DNA of 64,000 nucleotides from Yuukianura sp. NJ FZ-2021 (Eukaryota): NCBI GenBank assembly GCA_046563655.1, contig CM102283.1, positions 8,122,001 to 8,186,000 of the forward strand, read 5' to 3'. Shown piece by piece: positions 61,101 to 64,000 of this stretch (position 1 is its first letter; each line of letters starts with the position of its first letter). The notes under the pieces were generated by a model. It saw only the letters and a program-made list of their open reading frames with translations, ran no database searches and was not told where the DNA came from. The position numbers and the translations under genes were made by a program.

Positions 61101-64000
61101 GCTCTACTTCTGCAATGGCTCTGTTTAAAATGTCCAAATAAATTTCAGGCGGCATTCCGTCGACGTATTTTTCAGCTTCAATCATCCGTTCCTCCACTAA
61201 TTTTGTGACTAACGGATCGTGTTCAGTGGCATTCGAAGGTCGTGGATGTGGAATGATCAGTTCCAAAGGAAAGTCTAGTTCTGGATACCGTAGCACAATA
61301 GATTCTGAAATTTAAAAAAAAATTAGACATTTTCATAAGTTTTAACATCAATTTTCAAAAAAAAAATCCGTTTGCACAAGCAGAGTTCGACTTACCGTCT
61401 GGTTCATCTTCCGGTCCAAAAACAGACGAAATGACAGATTCAGCGTCTTGTTCAGCAAAACCTTCGCCTTCCTTCTTCGGTTTACAAAATTTACGTCGTC
61501 TGGATCTGCGTTTTCTGTGTCGTCGCAGTGGTTCAGCGTCTCCTTCTCCAAGTTCTTCTTCCCCTGGTACTTCTACTTCCTCGCCAGCATCTTCCCCGCC
61601 TTCTCCCTCTTCCGTTTTGTCATCTTGGTAAAACATTTTATGTTTACGAGCAAGTCGTTGCAATCGTTTGTCTCTTTTGTATTTCAGTTTTCCTTCGTTG
61701 AACAATTTCCAAGCCAGTTCCATTTTCTTCTGATGTGGCCAAATTCTCTTTTGTCTCTGAAAGTATAACAAAACATTTTGGTAATTTTTGAATTTTTTTC
61801 AATTTTGAAAATAATGAATTCATGAAAGAGTTTGTAGTTGTTTTACCCAGTTTTCTTTGAATTGTTTATAAGAAAATCCAAGCAGACCGTCATCAGTTTG
61901 GCAAATTCCGGAATAAGTGTCTCCCAGTGCATGCGTCCTGGCTGCTTCAATGGCATTTGTGATAGTCAATCTTCTCTCGACTACTGTCACGACATCGACG
62001 CGCGCCGCGGATTCAATCCAGGCCTAAGTATGAAAAAAAATCATGCCCAAAAAATTTTTTAACAATTTTTGAATTTTTAAACTTTGCTAACCAGTAGTTC
62101 CTCGCGACGATTTCGCTCCAATTTTTTCCACTCAATTCGTCGTTGCTTGTCTACTTCTCGGCTGACCTCAAAAACGGCTCTGAGTTTGACCCGAAACAAG
62201 TAGTCGTGTTTGACCAATGCAAACTTTCGGCGAATTGCTCGCTTCATGTCAATGACCTGTGCAAAAAAAAATTAGGATTTGAGAAATATTTTACACATTT
62301 ACACAGAACACGATTAGAGTAACTCACATAAGCTCCAAGGTAAGTTGCAAGATTATTTGTAAAAAGCGTTTTTCCAGCCAGTGGATGTCCAATGACATAA
62401 AATTTTATTGGACTCGTCGGCATTGGTGGTAGCAGAAATGGACGAGGGTTTAGCTCGAATTGTTTGAATGCTTCTTCAGAACTCAGGAAATACAGTTTGT
62501 CCAGAAATCTGTTCCAAATTTTAGAAAAATGAAATCCAAAAATCTGCAGTTGACACTTGTTTGGTTTTGCTTACCCAACTGCGAGTTGTGGTTTTCCAAC
62601 GAGTGAGCGACCATACTTGAGTGCCACTGGACAGTAGTTCTTCCAGCCTGTCATTCTCCATTGAAACCGAGGATCCGCTCGACCCCGAATGACGCATGTC
62701 CGTTCAATTACTTTCCAGTCAGGGTCTGGCTCGTCTATTTCCGGAAATGGCACGCAGGGGGCTTCCTCACCAAATTCGTCTAGATCTTCTCCCAAAAGAT
62801 AATCGTACCTCCCTTGGTCACTGTCGGCTATCAGCTTCACCGGCGTTGGAACAGGCGTCACACCGAACGTTGTCAGAAACTCACCCAATTTCTACACAAT
62901 CAATAAAAATGCTAAAACGTAGGGTTGGTAAGTAGCGAAGGATGAAACCTTGTCAACGCAATGAAATCCAGTCCTAGTGTAACCTAGTGAAATATAATGA
63001 AACGAACTATAAGGCTGTCAAATCCAGTGTAACGCTATGAAATCCAATGTAACGCTATGGAATGCAGTGTAATCAACGAAACCAAGTGTAATATAATGAA
63101 ACAAACTGTAACGCCATGAAATCCAGTGTAACGCAATAATACCCTGTCCAATCCAGTGTAACGCTATGAAACCCAATGTAATATAATGCAACGTATTGTA
63201 ACGCTGTGAAACCCAGTGTAACGCTATAAAACTCTGAAATCCAGGGTAAGGCTATGAATCCCAGTGTAATGCAGGCCAGACAGACAGACAAGGCCGATGC
63301 ATAAAATAGCTTTCGCTATTTAATAAAAATAGTACGTAACTCACCTTGTACAATTCGCTTGGTAAACTGTAACCGCTGAGTTCCAGGACCTTCCTACTGT
63401 CAAAAGTGTCCACAAATGATTGGCACAGCGGAAGAGCCTCTTTGTAGTTATGGAAGTCTTTTTTAATCTGCTCTGGCCGATCTTGGTCACGTGACCTCAA
63501 GCGACCCAGGACTTTTGCATCAAGCGGCTTGAATTCCAGTTCCACTTCAGGCTTTGGTTTCTCTTCTTCTTCCTATTTTCCAAAAATCAAAACTTTTAAG
63601 TAACAATTTTTTAAACTCAAAAAACGAAATCAAGTTAACAATTGTACCACAGTTTCAACCACATCAGGGTCTTGTTCAACTGTAGTCCGACTTCGACTTC
63701 GGCTCGGACTTTTACTTCGACTTCGACTTCCAGAACCCCTGCTTCCTCCATCTTTGGTTTCTTCCTCATCTTCGTCCACCTCAAGCTTTGGTTTTAGAAG
63801 ACTAAAGTCGTCAAGTGCTGCCGTCGGAGCCTGAAGTTCAGATGCCATGTACTGCGGCATCGTATACTGCAAAGAAACAAAAATTTTGAAAAAACAAAAA
63901 GTTTTCAAAACTTTATTTTTACAAATTTTTTACCACAATTTTCGTCAGTGGATCGTGTTTTTGAAGTCTGCGGCGGTTGTACAAGTCCACATCTTGCATC
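55137..64000 (-). CDS. AK9: Adenylate kinase 9-like multi-AK-domain protein (5' part lies beyond the window)
   Basis: Exons (high to low): >64000-63934, 63866-63648, 63572-63345, 62891-62575, 62508-62328, 62256-62092, 62023-61847, 61756-61396, 61304-61067, 60986-60808, 60670-59261, 59183-59027, 58785-58026, 57954-57736, 57616-57526, 57452-57327, 57251-57011, 56940-56776, 56684-56464, 56404-56038, 55972-55807, 55730-55571, 55501-55137. Repeated YHS-like modules (YCPVAL...LYFLSSEEAFKQFELNPRPFL; FCPVTL...YFFASAEARQEFLEHPLQYL), P-loops GHPLAGKT and GHSKSGKT, GFIIVGFP, and the AK9 C-terminal RPKFPFMS..SSLLYLGYYLK. Confidence 0.9.
62960..63272. repeat. Intronic minisatellite with a 10-bp period (20-bp consensus AATCCAGTGT-AACGCTATGA)
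   Basis: Successive decamers aatccagtgt, aacgctatga, aatccaatgt, aacgctatgg, aatgcagtgt ... aacccagtgt, aacgctataa. Followed by (CAGA)n at ~63277-63290 and a hairpin AAATAGC-TTTC-GCTATTT at 63304-63321. Confidence 0.85.

Noticed and set aside
63073-63291. Hydrophobic 72-aa minus-strand ORF inside the AK9 intron
   Set aside because: Translation of the decamer minisatellite, not a gene.

Overview
AT-rich, intron-containing eukaryotic DNA from an invertebrate, most likely an arthropod (short GT-AG introns, arthropod-type proteins, ecdysone-receptor-like elements). The species cannot be fixed from sequence alone. I spliced eight protein-coding genes by hand, with consistent reading-frame phases at every junction. 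In order: (+) HMG-CoA reductase with no visible sterol-sensing domain (~4025-8446); (-) a ZNF704/ZNF395/SLC2A4RG (Glut4EF-like) C2H2 + C-clamp transcription factor spanning ~25 kb with very large introns (12287-35267); (+) a secreted single-DM13-domain protein (40320-40757); (-) an orphan secreted His/Gly/Arg-rich prepropeptide (40860-41357); (-) SMNDC1/SPF30; (-) MED1; (+) PIK3R4/VPS15; (-) AK9, which runs off the window end. Most interesting: the orphan processed His-rich cationic peptide, tail-to-tail with the DM13 gene; five CCGGCCGG palindromes and about eight ecdysone-response-element-like IR-1 sites in and around the C-clamp gene, suggesting a hormone-induced autoregulatory circuit; an HMGCR with a short N-terminus; and a DINE/Helentron-like insert in an AK9 intron. 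I found no rRNA, tRNA, CRISPR or transposase. All calls are by eye, without database searches.
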